Assembly: GCA_039807745.1 (NCBI GenBank)
Contig: JBDHRV010000002.1
Span: 3,598 to 67,597 of the forward strand
DNA: 64,000 nucleotides
Origin: Burkholderiales bacterium
GTDB lineage: Bacteria; Pseudomonadota; Gammaproteobacteria; Burkholderiales; JAEUMW01
Reading direction: 5' to 3'
Shown: one piece after another, positions 13,089 to 27,590 of the stretch
Layout of the letters: every line of letters starts with the position of its first letter
Position numbering within the stretch: position 1 is the stretch's first letter
Notes under the pieces: model-generated
What the model was told of the DNA's origin: nothing
Databases searched by the model: none
What the model saw: the letters and a program-made list of their open reading frames with translations, nothing else
Program-made: the position numbers and the translations under genes

Positions 13089-14456
13089 GTGAGCTTGATC
13101 ACCACGATCGTCGCGTTTCTAGTCGCGCTCGGCCTGCTCATCGTGTTTCACGAGTACGGTCACTATCTCGCGGCACGGTTCTTCGACGTGAAGGTGCTGC
13201 GTTTTTCGGTCGGCTTCGGGCGGCCGATTCTCTCGCGCCGGCGCGGGCCAGATCAGACGGAGTGGGCACTCGGGGGCTTTCCCCTGGGCGGCTACGTGAA
13301 GATGCTGGACGAGCGCGAGGGTCCGGTTGCACCGGCGGAGGCCCATCGAGCGTTCAACCGGCAATCGGTCTACAAGCGATTCGTGATCGTCGCGGCGGGG
13401 CCGATCGCGAACTTCCTGCTCGCGATCCTGCTGTACTGGGGCCTCTTTCTCTCCGGCGTGCCGGGCGTGAAGCCGATGATCGGTCCGCCCATACCCGATT
13501 CGCCCGCCGCCGCCGCGGGCTTCGAGCCGGGTGAGACGCTCACGCGGGTCGACGGTGCGGTCATGCAGACGTGGCAGGACGCGCGCTGGGCGCTGCTCAA
13601 GGCCGGCATCGCACGCAGCAGCGTGAACATAGAAACCATCCGACCAGGTGGCACGGTCGCCCATCGCACGCTCGACCTGTCCGGGCTCGGGCCGGATGAC
13701 CTCGACGGCGAGTTCATCGAGACCATCGGTCTCACACGCTTCCAGCCGCAGCTCGCGCCGAAGGTGGGACAGGTGCTCTCCGGCCGACCTGCCGAGCGCG
13801 CCGGACTCAAGGTGGGGGACGAGATCGTCGCCATCGATGGCACTGCGATCCGGCACTGGGCAGACGTCGTGCGCGCGATCAGCGAGGCTGCGGACGAAAC
13901 GCTCGAGATCGAGGTGCGGCGCGCGAATGGCGTCGCGGACATCGTGACCGTCGTGCCCGAAGCGGTTACCGAGAACGGGCGGCGGGTGGGGCGCATCGGG
14001 TTCGCGCCACTGGTCGATCCGCGCGCCACGGAGCACCTGCGCACCGAGATCCGCTACGGTTTCTTCGAAGGCTTCGGGCGTGCCGTCGCGCGCACCTGGG
14101 AGATGTCGATCTTCAGCCTGAAGATGATGGGGAAGATGATCCTGGGTGACGTGTCGCTCAAGAACCTCAGCGGACCGCTCACCATCGCGGATTACGCCGG
14201 CCAGTCGGCGCAGATGGGATGGGTGCCGTACCTGAGCTTCCTCGCGCTCGTGAGCGTGAGTCTCGGCGTGCTGAATCTGCTGCCGATCCCGTTATTGGAC
14301 GGCGGGCACTTGATGTATTATATCGCCGAAATAATCAAGGGCAGACCCGTTTCGGAACGAGCGCTGGAACTGGGGCAGCATGTCGGCATCGCCCTGTTGT
14401 TCACGCTGATGGCCTTCGCCATCTATAACGACATAACCCGCCTGCTCGGCGGCTGA
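13089..14456 (+). CDS. rseP: RIP zinc metalloprotease RseP
   Basis: GTG at 13089 preceded by GGAGG (13077-13081). HEYGHYLAARFF (HExxH), PDZ region, NLLPIPLLDGGH. The track ORF from 12870 is an upstream extension overlapping dxr. Confidence 0.9.
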   Translation: MSLITTIVAFLVALGLLIVFHEYGHYLAARFFDVKVLRFSVGFGRPILSRRRGPDQTEWALGGFPLGGYVKMLDEREGPVAPAEAHRAFNRQSVYKRFVIVAAGPIANFLLAILLYWGLFLSGVPGVKPMIGPPIPDSPAAAAGFEPGETLTRVDGAVMQTWQDARWALLKAGIARSSVNIETIRPGGTVAHRTLDLSGLGPDDLDGEFIETIGLTRFQPQLAPKVGQVLSGRPAERAGLKVGDEIVAIDGTAIRHWADVVRAISEAADETLEIEVRRANGVADIVTVVPEAVTENGRRVGRIGFAPLVDPRATEHLRTEIRYGFFEGFGRAVARTWEMSIFSLKMMGKMILGDVSLKNLSGPLTIADYAGQSAQMGWVPYLSFLALVSVSLGVLNLLPIPLLDGGHLMYYIAEIIKGRPVSERALELGQHVGIALLFTLMAFAIYNDITRLLGG

Positions 14457-14462
14457 TCCGGG

Positions 14463-16736
14463 ATGAAGAAACGCCTCCTCGCAGTTCTGCTGCTGTCATT
14501 CTACGCGTCCCGTGCTTTTTCCTTCGAACCCTTCGTCGTGCGGGACATTCGCGTCGAGGGCATCCAGCGGACCGAGGCCGGCACCGTCTTCAGCTACCTG
14601 CCGGTGAGGGTGGGCGAGACCATGACCGAGGAGGCGGCCGCGGCGGCGATCCGCTCCCTGTATGCCACCGGCTTTTTCAAGGACGTGCGCCTGGAGGTGG
14701 AGGGCAACGTTCTCATCGTCATGGTCGAGGAGCGTCCGGCGATCGCGCAGATCGAGATCAGCGGCAACAAGGAATTCGACAAGGAAGCGCTGAAAAAGGG
14801 CTTGAAGCAGATCGGGCTCGCGGAGTCGCGCATCTACGACCGGGCGCTGCTGGAACGGGCGGAGCAGGAGTTGAAGCGCCAGTACATCAGCAAAGGGAAG
14901 TACGGCGTGAAGATCACCACCACGGTGACGCCGCTCGACCGCAACCGGGTGTCGATCACCTTCAACATCAACGAAGGTGATGTCGCCAAGATCCGCAGCA
15001 TCAACATCGTCGGCAACAAGGCTTTTCCGGAAAAGGAGCTCCTGAGTCAGATCAACCTGACGACACCGGGCTGGATCACCTGGTTCACGAAGAACGATCA
15101 GTACTCGAAGCAGAAGCTCGCGGGCGATCTCGAGACCCTGCGCTCCTTCTATCTCAATCGCGGCTATCTCGAGTTCGACATCGAGTCCACTCAGGTCTCG
15201 ATCACGCCCGACAAGAAGGACATCTACATCACCATCAACGTCTCCGAGGGGCCCCAGTTCCGCGTGTCGGACGTGAAGCTCGCGGGCGATCTCATCGTGC
15301 CCGAAGCGGAGCTCACGCCACTCATCAAGCTCAAGCCCGGCGAGATCTTCTCGCGCGAGAAGCTGACCGAATCGACCAAGGCGATCAGCGATCGGCTCGG
15401 CAACGAGGGCTATGCCTTTGCCAACGTGAACGCCGCGCCCGAGGTCAACAAGGACGCGGACACCGTCAGTTTCGTGCTCTTCGTCGATCCGGGACGGCGC
15501 GTCTACATTCGCCGCATCAACGTGGCGGGCAACACGCGCACCCGGGACGAAGTCATTCGGCGCGAGATGCGGCAGATGGAGGCGGGGTGGTACGACTCGC
15601 GTAAGATCCAGCGCTCCAAGCAGCGCGTCGACAAGCTCGGCTACTTCAGCGAGGTGAACGTCGAGACCCCGGCGGTGCAAGGCACGACGGATCAGGTGGA
15701 CGTCAACATGAGCGTGGTCGAGCGACCCACGGGCAACGTGCTTTTCGGCGCGGGCTTTTCGAGCGCAGACAAGATCATCCTGTCGGCGTCGGTCTCGCAG
15801 AACAACATTTTCGGGTCGGGCAACGCGCTGTCGCTGCAGGTGAACGGCGGGCGGGTGAACTCCATCGCGTCACTCTCCTTCACCAATCCCTACTTCACGC
15901 AGGACGGGGTGAGCGCCGGGTTCGATGTCTACCGGCGCAAGACGAACACCTCGAACCTGAGCGGTGTCGCGCCGTATATCAACACCACGACTGGCGCCGG
16001 TGTGCGCTTCGGATTCCCGCTCGCGGAGACCGACTTCATCAATTTCGGGCTCGGTTTCGAGTACATCCAGATCGAGCTCTTCGCCAACAGCCCGCTGCGC
16101 TTCCGCGAGTTCGTGAACGAGTTTGGAGCCGACACCACGTCACTCAACCTCACCACCAGCTGGGCGCGCGATCGGCGGGACAGCGTCATCTGGCCGACCA
16201 GTGGGCCGCTCACCCGGGTGATAGGCGAGCTCGGTATACCGCCGGCCGATCTCACTTATTACAAGACGTCGTTCCAACAACAGTACTATTACCCCTTCAC
16301 GGAACGCTGGGTCGGTTTCGTCAACGCCGAACTCGGGGTGGCGGGCGGTTACGACAACAAGTCGCTGCCGTTCTTCAAGAACTTCTTCGTGGGTGGCGTG
16401 AATTCGGTGCGCGGTTACCGGACGGGGACGATCGGCCCGAAGGACATTCAAGGCGCCGCGGTCGGTGCCGACAAGAAAATCGTGCTCAACGCGGAAGTGC
16501 TTTTCCCTCTCCCCGGCATGGGCAAGGACAAGTCCATCCGCATGATCGCCTTTGCAGACGCCGGTACGGTGTCCGATTCGTGGGATCTTTTCTCCGAGAT
16601 GCGATACTCGGCCGGACTCGGCGTGAACTGGTTCTCACCCTTCGGACCGCTCAAGGTTTACGTCGCCAAGGCCATCAATCCGGATCCGAGGGACCAGACG
16701 GAGGTTTTCCAGTTCACGTTCGGCACGCAGTTTTGA
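14463..16736 (+). CDS. bamA: outer membrane protein assembly factor BamA
   Basis: 757 aa. Signal peptide, POTRA repeats ([14 protein letters not shown]..), C-terminal barrel ending FQFTFGTQF. Confidence 0.95.
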   Translation: MKKRLLAVLLLSFYASRAFSFEPFVVRDIRVEGIQRTEAGTVFSYLPVRVGETMTEEAAAAAIRSLYATGFFKDVRLEVEGNVLIVMVEERPAIAQIEISGNKEFDKEALKKGLKQIGLAESRIYDRALLERAEQELKRQYISKGKYGVKITTTVTPLDRNRVSITFNINEGDVAKIRSINIVGNKAFPEKELLSQINLTTPGWITWFTKNDQYSKQKLAGDLETLRSFYLNRGYLEFDIESTQVSITPDKKDIYITINVSEGPQFRVSDVKLAGDLIVPEAELTPLIKLKPGEIFSREKLTESTKAISDRLGNEGYAFANVNAAPEVNKDADTVSFVLFVDPGRRVYIRRINVAGNTRTRDEVIRREMRQMEAGWYDSRKIQRSKQRVDKLGYFSEVNVETPAVQGTTDQVDVNMSVVERPTGNVLFGAGFSSADKIILSASVSQNNIFGSGNALSLQVNGGRVNSIASLSFTNPYFTQDGVSAGFDVYRRKTNTSNLSGVAPYINTTTGAGVRFGFPLAETDFINFGLGFEYIQIELFANSPLRFREFVNEFGADTTSLNLTTSWARDRRDSVIWPTSGPLTRVIGELGIPPADLTYYKTSFQQQYYYPFTERWVGFVNAELGVAGGYDNKSLPFFKNFFVGGVNSVRGYRTGTIGPKDIQGAAVGADKKIVLNAEVLFPLPGMGKDKSIRMIAFADAGTVSDSWDLFSEMRYSAGLGVNWFSPFGPLKVYVAKAINPDPRDQTEVFQFTFGTQF

Positions 16737-16800
16737 GCCGCGCGAGAGGGGACGAATCTTGCCGCGGCCGCTTTATTTGGGAATCGAATCAGGAGGCACT

Positions 16801-17301
16801 ATGAGGAAGAGGAAGCTGGTGGCGGTGATCGCAGCTTCCCTGCTCTGGACGGGAAGCCTGGGTGCCGAGGAACTGCGGATCGGCGTCGTTCGCACCGACC
16901 GCATCCTGCAGGAGTCCGGCCCCATGATCAAGGCGCAAAAGAAGCTGGAAAAGGAGTTCGCCACCCGCGAGCAGGAATTGCAGAAGGTCGCGAAGCAGGC
17001 GCGCGACCTGCAAACCCAGCTCGAGAAGGAAGGAGTGACCCTGTCGGAGTCCGACCGGCGCGCCAAGGAACAGGAGCTCAATCGCGTCAATCGCGACCTG
17101 CAGAGGATGCAACGCGAGCTGCGCGAGGATTACAATCTGCGCCGCAACGAAGAGTGGTCGGCGGTGCTCGAGCGCGTGAACAAGGTCATTAACGGCATCG
17201 CGGAGCAGGAAAAGTACGACCTCATCCTGCAGGACGCCGTGTATGTGAGCAAGCGCGTCGACATTACGGACAAGGTCCTGAAGGCGCTGGCGGACAAGTG
17301 A
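16801..17301 (+). CDS. skp: periplasmic chaperone Skp (OmpH family)
   Basis: ATG at 16801 preceded by AGGAGG. Signal peptide [22 protein letters not shown], then a Lys/Glu/Gln-rich coiled coil. Lies between bamA and lpxD. Confidence 0.88.
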   Translation: MRKRKLVAVIAASLLWTGSLGAEELRIGVVRTDRILQESGPMIKAQKKLEKEFATREQELQKVAKQARDLQTQLEKEGVTLSESDRRAKEQELNRVNRDLQRMQRELREDYNLRRNEEWSAVLERVNKVINGIAEQEKYDLILQDAVYVSKRVDITDKVLKALADK

Positions 17302-17365
17302 TACCCGGGACGTCGGGAGAACGGCGTCTCTTCGGTGGTCGAGGACAACGGGAGAGCCTCGCATC

Positions 17366-18385
17366 GTGAAGCTCCAGGAGATCGTCACGCGGTTCGGCGG
17401 CGAGTTGCTCGGATCGCCGGAGACGGACGTCACTCGCATCGTGCCCCTTGAGCGTGCCGGTGTGGGGGACCTTGCCTTCGTGAGCTCGGCGAAGCAGGCT
17501 TGGCGACTCGAGACGACGGCAGCAGGCGCCGTGATTCTCGGTCCGGAGTTGCGCGATGCCACCGCTCGGCCGCGCATCGTGTGCGCCAATCCGTACGCTT
17601 ACTTCGCCCGCGTGAGCGCGGTGCTGCACCCCGCGCCGGCGCACGCTGCGGGGGTGCACGCGGCCGCGGTTGTCACGCCGGGCGCCAAGGTCGACGCGTC
17701 CGCGAGCGTGGCCGCCGGCGCCTGGGTGGGCGAAGGAGCCTGTGTCGGCGCCCGCTCGGTGATCGAGTCGGGTGCGCGCGTCGGCGCGGGCGCCCGGATC
17801 GGCGAGGACTGTCACCTGTATCCGAACGCCGTCGTCTATCACGGCTGCGTACTCGGCAACCGGGTCGCGCTGCACGGCGGGGCGGTCATCGGCGCCGACG
17901 GTTTCGGCCTCGCGCCCGACGAAGGCCGTTGGGTGAAGATTCCGCAGATTGGCCGTGTCGTCATCGGCGACGACGTCGAGATCGGCGCCAACAGCACCGT
18001 CGATCGCGGTACGCTGGACGACACCGTGATCGAGGAGGGTGTCAAGATCGACAACCAGGTGCAGATCGGTCATAACTGTCGAATCGGGGCCCACACGGCG
18101 ATCGCGGCTTGCGTGGGCGTCGCCGGCAGCACCCGTGTCGGGCGCCGCTGCCGCATCGCAGGCGCGGCGATGATTCAGGGACACATCGAGATCTGCGACG
18201 ATGTCACAATCTCGGCCGCTACTGCGATCATGAAGTCGATTCGCGAGCCTGGCACCTACACGTCGATCTACCCGTTCCAGGAGCACCGAGCATGGATCAG
18301 GAACGCAGCGCACCTGCGTCACATGGACAGCCTGGTGGAGAAAATCAAAGCGATCGAGAAGCGCCTGCAAGAACTGGGAGGATGA
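17366..18385 (+). CDS. lpxD: UDP-3-O-(3-hydroxyacyl)glucosamine N-acyltransferase
   Basis: GTG start. Left-handed beta-helix hexapeptide repeats. 339 aa. Conserved skp-lpxD-fabZ-lpxA order. Confidence 0.94.
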   Translation: MKLQEIVTRFGGELLGSPETDVTRIVPLERAGVGDLAFVSSAKQAWRLETTAAGAVILGPELRDATARPRIVCANPYAYFARVSAVLHPAPAHAAGVHAAAVVTPGAKVDASASVAAGAWVGEGACVGARSVIESGARVGAGARIGEDCHLYPNAVVYHGCVLGNRVALHGGAVIGADGFGLAPDEGRWVKIPQIGRVVIGDDVEIGANSTVDRGTLDDTVIEEGVKIDNQVQIGHNCRIGAHTAIAACVGVAGSTRVGRRCRIAGAAMIQGHIEICDDVTISAATAIMKSIREPGTYTSIYPFQEHRAWIRNAAHLRHMDSLVEKIKAIEKRLQELGG

Positions 18386-18837
18386 CATCCATGAACCAGA
18401 TGGAAATCACGGAAGTCCTGCGCTACCTGCCCCACCGTTATCCGTTTCTGCTGGTCGACCGGGTGCTGTCGCTCGAGCCGGGAAAGAACATCGTAGGTCT
18501 CAAGAACGTGACCATCAACGAGCCGTTCTTCCAGGGACACTTTCCCCATCACCCGGTGATGCCCGGCGTGCTCATCGTCGAGTCGCTCGCCCAGGCGGCG
18601 GCGATTCTCCAGTTCAAGAGCAGCGACACCCCCGCCGACGACAGCTATGCCTACTACTTCGTGGGCATCGACCGTGCGCGCTTCCGGGCGCCGGTGGGCC
18701 CGGGCGATCAGCTGGTGCTGAACGTGGAGCTCGTGCGCTTCATGCGTGGCATCTGGAAGTTCGCAGCTGCCGCCAGGGTCGGCGAGACGCTGGTCGCCGA
18801 GGCCGAGCTCATGTGCACCGTGCGCTCGCTCAAATGA
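18382..18837 (+). CDS. fabZ: 3-hydroxyacyl-ACP dehydratase FabZ
   Basis: ATGA overlap with the lpxD stop. [13 protein letters not shown] and [12 protein letters not shown] motifs. The track ORF from 18109 is an off-target extension. Confidence 0.95.
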   Translation: MTSMNQMEITEVLRYLPHRYPFLLVDRVLSLEPGKNIVGLKNVTINEPFFQGHFPHHPVMPGVLIVESLAQAAAILQFKSSDTPADDSYAYYFVGIDRARFRAPVGPGDQLVLNVELVRFMRGIWKFAAAARVGETLVAEAELMCTVRSLK

Positions 18838-19604
18838 TTCACCCGACCGCCATCGTCCACCACGGGGCTCGCCTCGCGTCCGACGTGGAGGTCGGGCCCT
18901 ACGCCGTGATCGGCGACGCTGTCGAGGTCGGCGCGGGCAGTTCGATCGGGGCCCATGCCGTGATCAACGGACCGACCCGCATCGGCCGCGACAACCGCAT
19001 CTTCCAGTTCGTCTCCCTGGGCGAGATGCCGCAGGACAAGAAGTACCGTGGCGAGCGCACCTCGCTCGAGATCGGCGACGGCAACACCATCCGCGAGTTC
19101 TGCACGTTCAATCGCGGCACGGTGCAGGACGCCGGCGCCACCCGCGTCGGGAACGACAACTGGATCATGGCCTACGTGCATCTCGCACACGACTGCCAGA
19201 TCGGCAGCCACACCGTGTTCGCCAACAATGCGCAACTCGCCGGCCACGTGCATGTCGGCGATCACGCGATCCTCGGCGGGTTCACGGTGGTCCACCAGTA
19301 CGTGCGCATCGGCGCTCACGCCATCACCGCCATGGGCACGATCGTGCTGCAGGACATCCCGCCCTTCGTGACCGCGGCCGGCAACACTGCCAAGCCGTAC
19401 GGCATCAACTCCGAGGGTCTCAAGCGGCGCGGCTTCAGCGCCGAAACCATCGCGCAGATCAAGCGTGCGTACAAGAGCCTTTACCGCTCCGGACTCTCGC
19501 TCGAAGACGCACGCCTGGAGATCGCGAGGCAGTTCACCGATTGCGCAGCACTGGAGCCGCTGGTCGACTTTCTCGATCAGTCGAGCCGCGCCATCATCCG
19601 GTAG
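18834..19604 (+). CDS. lpxA: acyl-ACP--UDP-N-acetylglucosamine O-acyltransferase
   Basis: ATGA overlap with the fabZ stop. [15 protein letters not shown]-terminus. Hexapeptide repeats. Confidence 0.95.
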   Translation: MIHPTAIVHHGARLASDVEVGPYAVIGDAVEVGAGSSIGAHAVINGPTRIGRDNRIFQFVSLGEMPQDKKYRGERTSLEIGDGNTIREFCTFNRGTVQDAGATRVGNDNWIMAYVHLAHDCQIGSHTVFANNAQLAGHVHVGDHAILGGFTVVHQYVRIGAHAITAMGTIVLQDIPPFVTAAGNTAKPYGINSEGLKRRGFSAETIAQIKRAYKSLYRSGLSLEDARLEIARQFTDCAALEPLVDFLDQSSRAIIR

Positions 19605-19609
19605 CGTCC

Positions 19610-20815
19610 ATGAGCCTGGGTGGCAGACCGCCGCGCATCGGCATCGTCGCCGGGGAAGCCTCGGGCGACCAGCTCGGCAGCCATCTCATGCAGGCGGTGC
19701 AGGCGCATTTCCCCGGCGCCACGTTCTTCGGCATCGGCGGGCCGAAGATGCAGGGCCTCGGCATGGATGTCTGGTTTCCGATGGAGAAGCTCGCGGTGCG
19801 CGGCTTCGTCGAAGTGCTGAAGCACTACAGCGAGATCGTCGGCATCCGGCGCAAGTTGAAGTCACGGCTGCTCGCAGCCAGGCCGGATCTTTTCATCGGC
19901 ATCGATGCACCGGCGTTCAACATGGATCTGGAGACCGACCTGAAGCAGGCCGGTATCCCCACCATCCACTACGTCTGCCCGCAGTTCTGGGCGTGGAACC
20001 GGGGGCGGCTGCCCGCCATGCAGCGTGCCGTGTCGCGCATCCTGGCGCTCTTCCCGTTCGAGGTGCCGATGCTGGAGGAAGCGGGCATCCCCGCCACCTT
20101 CGTCGGCCACCCGCTCGCGGACATGCTGCCGGAGCGCCCGGATCGGGACGGGATGCGCGAACAGATGCGGCTGCCCAAGCAGGGGCTCGTCATCGCCATG
20201 CTTCCAGGCAGTCGTCAGGTGGAAGTGAAGGCGATGGGCAGTCTGTTCGTCCAGGCGGCCCGAGCGATCCTGGGGCAGAAACCCGATGCGCACTTTCTCG
20301 TACCGCTGGTGAGTCGCGAGACGCGCGTGCTCTTCGAGACTGCGCTATACGAGCACGCCCCGGACGGACTTCCTCTCACGATGCTCTATGGACACGCCCA
20401 CGACGCGATGGTCGCGGCGGATGCGGTGCTGGTGGCATCCGGTACGGCATCGCTCGAAGCAGCGCTGCTCAAGCGGCCGATGGTGATCACCTACAAGCTG
20501 CCGAGCCTCACTTACTGGATCGCGAAGCGCCGCATCTATCTGCCCTACGTCGGGCTGCCCAACGTGCTGGCCGGCGAGTTCATCGTCCCGGAGCTGATCC
20601 AGGACGATGCCACGCCGGAGCGCCTGGCGGAAACTCTGGTACGCATCCTGGATGACCCGGACGGGCGGCGCGCGTTGGACGCACGCTTCGTCGAGATGCA
20701 TCGCGCCCTCAAGCAGGACACGGCGCAGCGGGTGATCGAGGCGATATCGATCGTCCTCGGTGAGCGACCCGCGCTCGCGCGTCCCGCGCAGCGCCTGGCG
20801 GGGGAGGGCACTTGA
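19610..20815 (+). CDS. lpxB: lipid-A-disaccharide synthase
   Basis: ATG at 19610. [14 protein letters not shown] motif. 401 aa. In frame within the longer track ORF 18746..20815. Confidence 0.93.
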   Translation: MSLGGRPPRIGIVAGEASGDQLGSHLMQAVQAHFPGATFFGIGGPKMQGLGMDVWFPMEKLAVRGFVEVLKHYSEIVGIRRKLKSRLLAARPDLFIGIDAPAFNMDLETDLKQAGIPTIHYVCPQFWAWNRGRLPAMQRAVSRILALFPFEVPMLEEAGIPATFVGHPLADMLPERPDRDGMREQMRLPKQGLVIAMLPGSRQVEVKAMGSLFVQAARAILGQKPDAHFLVPLVSRETRVLFETALYEHAPDGLPLTMLYGHAHDAMVAADAVLVASGTASLEAALLKRPMVITYKLPSLTYWIAKRRIYLPYVGLPNVLAGEFIVPELIQDDATPERLAETLVRILDDPDGRRALDARFVEMHRALKQDTAQRVIEAISIVLGERPALARPAQRLAGEGT

Positions 20816-21402
20816 GCGGTGCGCAGCTGCTCGTGTGCGGCATGGACGAAGCCGGGCGCGGCCCGCTGGCGGGCCCGGTCGTCGCGGCGGCGGTGATCCT
20901 CGATCGGCGACGGCCGATCGCGGGCCTTGCGGATTCCAAAGTACTGTCGCCGCGGCGGCGCGAGGTGCTCGCCTTGCAGATCCGTGAACGCGCCCTCGCC
21001 TGGGCGCTGGGACGCGCGGAGGTCGAAGAGATCGACTGCCTGAACATCCTGCAGGCGACACTGCTCGCGATGCAGCGCGCGGTGTGCGCGCTGGGGATCG
21101 TGCCCGGGACAGCGCTGGTGGACGGCAATCGCTGCCCCGAGCTCCCGTTCCCGGCGCGCGCGATCGTGCAGGGCGATGCGTCCGTCCCCTGCATCTCGGC
21201 CGCCTCGATACTTGCGAAGACCGAGCGTGACGCGGCGATGCGGGCGCTGCACGCGCGCTTTCCCGACTACGGCTTCGACATCCACAAGGGCTATCCGACC
21301 GCCAAGCACGTGGCAGCGCTGCGCAGGCACGGCGCATCGCCGGTGCACCGCAAGTCGTTCCACCCGGTCTGCGATCTCCTGCACCAGCAAGCGCTGCTGT
21401 GA
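20812..21402 (+). CDS. rnhB: ribonuclease HII
   Basis: TTG start overlapping the lpxB stop. [15 protein letters not shown] active-site motif. Confidence 0.92.
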   Translation: MSGAQLLVCGMDEAGRGPLAGPVVAAAVILDRRRPIAGLADSKVLSPRRREVLALQIRERALAWALGRAEVEEIDCLNILQATLLAMQRAVCALGIVPGTALVDGNRCPELPFPARAIVQGDASVPCISAASILAKTERDAAMRALHARFPDYGFDIHKGYPTAKHVAALRRHGASPVHRKSFHPVCDLLHQQALL

Positions 21403-21854
21403 AGATCGCCGTCTTCTTTCACGTGCTGGGCGTGGTGGTGTGGGTCGGCGGGATGTTCTTCGCCTACTTGGCGCTGCGTCCGGCCGCCGCCCAACTCCTC
21501 GAACCGCCGCAGCGGCTCCCCCTGTGGCAGGAGACGCTCCGGCGCTTCTTCAACTGGGTCTGGCTCGCGGTGGTGCTCGTGCTCGCGAGCGGGCTGTGGA
21601 TGCTGTTCCAGATGGGCGGCTTCGCAGGGGCACCCGTTTACGTTCACGCCATGCTGCTGCTCGGGCTGATCATGATGGCGATCTTCGTTCAGGTGTTCTT
21701 CATGCCCTTCCGGCGCCTCACGACGCACGCCGGCGCGAAGGACTGGAAAGCTGCCGGTGCAGCACTCAACGAGATCCGTCAGCGCGTCGCTCTCAATCTC
21801 GTCCTCGGGCTGCTCACCATCGCGATCGCCACCGTGGGCGCCGCAATACTCTGA
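21399..21854 (+). CDS. small 4-TM integral membrane protein, CopD/HemJ-like, function unknown
   Basis: GTG overlapping the rnhB stop. 151 aa with four hydrophobic segments. [15 protein letters not shown] resembles the first helix of the CopD/UPF0093 families. Confidence 0.7.
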   Translation: MKIAVFFHVLGVVVWVGGMFFAYLALRPAAAQLLEPPQRLPLWQETLRRFFNWVWLAVVLVLASGLWMLFQMGGFAGAPVYVHAMLLLGLIMMAIFVQVFFMPFRRLTTHAGAKDWKAAGAALNEIRQRVALNLVLGLLTIAIATVGAAIL

Positions 21855-21874
21855 CCGCACTCCCGAAAGCGGCG

Positions 21875-22717
21875 ATGAAGCACATCGGATCGCCCGCCAA
21901 TCCGCTGTACCGGTCGTGGCTCAAGCTCGCGCGGTCGCGCCGCGAGCGCCGCAAACACGGTCTCGCACTGATCGACGGCGTGCATCTGCTCGACGCGTAT
22001 CTCGCGCACGGCGGCAAGCCGGAGCATGTACTCATCGCGGAGAGCAGCCAGTCGGGACAGGAGATTGCGGCAGTGGTGCGGCGACTTCCCGCGCCCGCCG
22101 TAATCCTGGCCGACGCGCTGTTCGGATCGCTCACCGAGCTCGAGAGCCCGTCCGGCATCCTCGCCACGATCGGCATTCCCGGGCCGCTACCGCCTGTGGC
22201 TCCCGGCTGCTGGATTCTGCTGGAAGACATCCAGGATCCGGGCAACCTCGGCTCGATTCTCCGGTCGGCCGCGGCGGCAGGCGCGAGCGACGCCTGGCTG
22301 TCGAAGGGTTGTGCCGACGCCTGGTCGCCGAAGGTACTGCGGGCGGCAATGGGGGCGCATTTCTCTTTGCGGCTGCACGAGCGCGCCGACCTCGCGAACG
22401 CTGCACTGCGCTGCTCGGGTCAGGTAATCGCTCTGACCTCCGGCGGCATCCGATCGATCTTCGAGCTGGACCTGACGGGGCCGGTCGCCCTGGCCCTGGG
22501 AAACGAAGGAGCGGGACTCTCGGCGCATCTACGCGAGGCGGCCACTGACTGCGCCGCGATTCCGATGCCTGGCCGCACGGAGTCACTCAACGTCGCGGCC
22601 GCCGCCGCGATCTGCCTGTTCGAGCGCGTGCGACAGATCGCCGCCGGCGCTCGGCAGGCAACCCGACGCAGTCAGGCCTTGGACGTCGAGCAGGTCTTGA
22701 CGCCGAAGAGCGTGTAG
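21875..22717 (+). CDS. TrmH/SpoU-family RNA 2'-O-methyltransferase
   Basis: ATG at 21875. SpoU motifs LEDIQDPGNLGSILRSA, LALGNEGAGLS, IPMPGRTESLNVAAAAAI. The C-terminal tail overlaps the convergent gene by 46 nt. Confidence 0.85.
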   Translation: MKHIGSPANPLYRSWLKLARSRRERRKHGLALIDGVHLLDAYLAHGGKPEHVLIAESSQSGQEIAAVVRRLPAPAVILADALFGSLTELESPSGILATIGIPGPLPPVAPGCWILLEDIQDPGNLGSILRSAAAAGASDAWLSKGCADAWSPKVLRAAMGAHFSLRLHERADLANAALRCSGQVIALTSGGIRSIFELDLTGPVALALGNEGAGLSAHLREAATDCAAIPMPGRTESLNVAAAAAICLFERVRQIAAGARQATRRSQALDVEQVLTPKSV

Positions 22718-22872
22718 GCCGGACACCAGCGCACGAGCGCGGTGAAGAGCGGCACCAGGCCGATGAGACCCCACCACTTGGCATCGCCCTGGACGAAGAA
22801 GAACATGCTCAAGAGCCCGAGACCGACGATGATCCGAACCGCACGGTCGATTCCACCTACGTTCGCTTGCAT
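22672..22872 (-). CDS. DUF2892 (YgaP C-terminal-like) small membrane protein
   Basis: 66 aa. GGIDRAVRIIVGLGLL..GLVPLFTALVRWCPAYTLFG pattern typical of DUF2892. GGGAGG RBS 5 nt upstream of the ATG. Confidence 0.8.
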   Translation of the reverse strand: MQANVGGIDRAVRIIVGLGLLSMFFFVQGDAKWWGLIGLVPLFTALVRWCPAYTLFGVKTCSTSKA

Positions 22873-22939
22873 GATTGCCTCCCGCAGTTAAGAGTGATCG
22901 AAGACGTGTGTCAGCGTAGCGCTGGCGGTCGCTCCCGTC

Positions 22940-22955
22940 TGTAACCCAGGTCACA
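22940..22955 (-). promoter_or_regulatory. CRP-type palindrome between the Crp-family regulator gene and the DUF2892 gene
   Basis: Minus strand reads TGTGA-CCTGGG-TTACA, a 9/10 match to TGTGA-N6-TCACA. Centred about 75 nt upstream of the DUF2892 ATG. Confidence 0.45.
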
Positions 22956-22963
22956 CGCGCCCA

Positions 22964-23671
22964 TCACAGATCCTCCTCGGCAAGGCGCTGCAAGCTCTCC
23001 ACATCCTGCACCTGGATCTTCTCCCGCCCGAGGCTGACCCAGCCGCGCTCCGCGAAGCTCTTCAGCAGGCGGCTCACGATTTCGCGCACGCTGCCGAGCT
23101 CGTCCGCGAGATCCTGGTGCGTCGCACGCAGCTCCGGCGCACGACGCGCCAGCAGCGCGGCCAAGCGGCGGTCGAGCCGCTGAAACGCGACTTCCTCCAC
23201 ACGCTGCATGAGATCCACGACACGGCCCGAGAAAATCGAGAACACGAGCGTACGAAACGCCTCGCAGCTTGCGAGCAGCTGGTGGAAAAGTGGTGCACCG
23301 AGCACGAGAAGCTCCGTCTCGCTCTCGGTCGCGCCGCTGGCGGAGTATGTCGTGTCACCGAGCAGACAACTTGTGGTCAGTACGCAGAGTTCGCCCGGCT
23401 CGACCCGGTACAGCAGCAGCTGGCGACCGGAAGGCGCCTGCTTGAAGACGCGGATGGTGCCGGCAAGGACGAGGGGAAACGCGCCGCAGGGTCCGCGCTC
23501 GTCGAACACCCGCGTGCCGGCAGGCAGGAACAGATGCTGGCCCTGCCGTACGATCTCGTCGAGCGCCTCCGGCGGCAGCTTCGCCAAGCGCGGGAAACGC
23601 TCGCAAAGCGTGGTGACCAGCGCTGCGGCAACGTTCGTCGTGCCGTCTGGATCGGCGTCGCGAACGGTCAT
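22964..23671 (-). CDS. Crp/Fnr-family transcriptional regulator
   Basis: 235 aa. cNMP-binding-like beta-roll, then C-terminal HTH THQDLADELGSVREIVSRLLKSF with RE..SR recognition-helix residues. No N-terminal Fnr Cys cluster. Confidence 0.88.
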   Translation of the reverse strand: MTVRDADPDGTTNVAAALVTTLCERFPRLAKLPPEALDEIVRQGQHLFLPAGTRVFDERGPCGAFPLVLAGTIRVFKQAPSGRQLLLYRVEPGELCVLTTSCLLGDTTYSASGATESETELLVLGAPLFHQLLASCEAFRTLVFSIFSGRVVDLMQRVEEVAFQRLDRRLAALLARRAPELRATHQDLADELGSVREIVSRLLKSFAERGWVSLGREKIQVQDVESLQRLAEEDL

Positions 23672-23744
23672 CTCGCGTGAAATTGAGGGGGCATCACGAT
23701 TGAGCTATGATACCGAAGCGCAGGTGATCCTCACTCGAGAGTAA

Positions 23745-25418
<1,674 letters not shown>

Positions 25419-25425
25419 GGCGCCC

Positions 25426-26277
25426 GTGGACCTCTGCGGATTCGAGGTGGGTCTGCATCGCCCGATGTTCCTCATCGCGGGCCCATGCGTGGTCGAATCG
25501 CTCGAGATGGCCCTCGATACGGCGGCAGAGCTGAAGGCGCTCTGCGCCGGGCTGGACGTCCCTTTCATCTACAAATCGTCCTACGATAAGGCCAACAGAT
25601 CCTCCGGACAATCCTTTCGTGGCATAGGGATAGAAGGTGGACTTAAAGTTTTGAACGAAGTACGGGAACGCATTGGCGTACCGGTTCTGACGGACGTCCA
25701 CACCGTCGACGAAATCCCGCTGGTGGTCGAGGTGGTCGACGTGCTCCAGACGCCGGCGTTTTTATGTCGACAGACCGACTTCATTCAGGCGATTGCGCGC
25801 ACCGGCAAGCCGGTCAACATCAAGAAGGGTCAGTTCCTTGCCCCGCACGATATGCGCAATGTGGTGGAGAAGGCGCGGCAGGCGAGCGGTCGAGACAACA
25901 TCATGGTCTGCGAGCGCGGGGCGTCCTTTGGCTACAACAATCTCGTGTCCGACATGCGTTCGCTTGCGATCATGCGCGAGACCGGATGCCCGGTCGTTTT
26001 CGACGCCACCCACTCCGTGCAATTGCCGGGCGGGGAGGGTACGCGCAGCGGCGGTCAGCGCGAATTCGTCCCCGTGCTCGCCCGCGCAGCGGTCGCGACC
26101 GGGGTGGCGGGCGTTTTCATGGAGACCCACCCCGATCCGGCGCGTGCGCTGTCGGATGGGCCCAACGCCTGGCCGCTCGGGAGAATGAAGGATCTGCTGG
26201 AAACCCTGAAGCGCATCGACGAACTCGTGAAGCGCGAGGGTTTTGCCGAGGTCGGGCTCGGCGCGGGCCAAGGTTGA
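25426..26277 (+). CDS. kdsA: 3-deoxy-8-phosphooctulonate synthase
   Basis: GTG at 25426 gives [21 protein letters not shown], matching KdsA N-termini. The track ORF from 25336 overlaps pyrG. Confidence 0.92.
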   Translation: MDLCGFEVGLHRPMFLIAGPCVVESLEMALDTAAELKALCAGLDVPFIYKSSYDKANRSSGQSFRGIGIEGGLKVLNEVRERIGVPVLTDVHTVDEIPLVVEVVDVLQTPAFLCRQTDFIQAIARTGKPVNIKKGQFLAPHDMRNVVEKARQASGRDNIMVCERGASFGYNNLVSDMRSLAIMRETGCPVVFDATHSVQLPGGEGTRSGGQREFVPVLARAAVATGVAGVFMETHPDPARALSDGPNAWPLGRMKDLLETLKRIDELVKREGFAEVGLGAGQG

Positions 26278-26303
26278 ACACACCAAGAACGAGCTGGAGC
26301 TGA

Positions 26304-27590
<1,287 letters not shown>

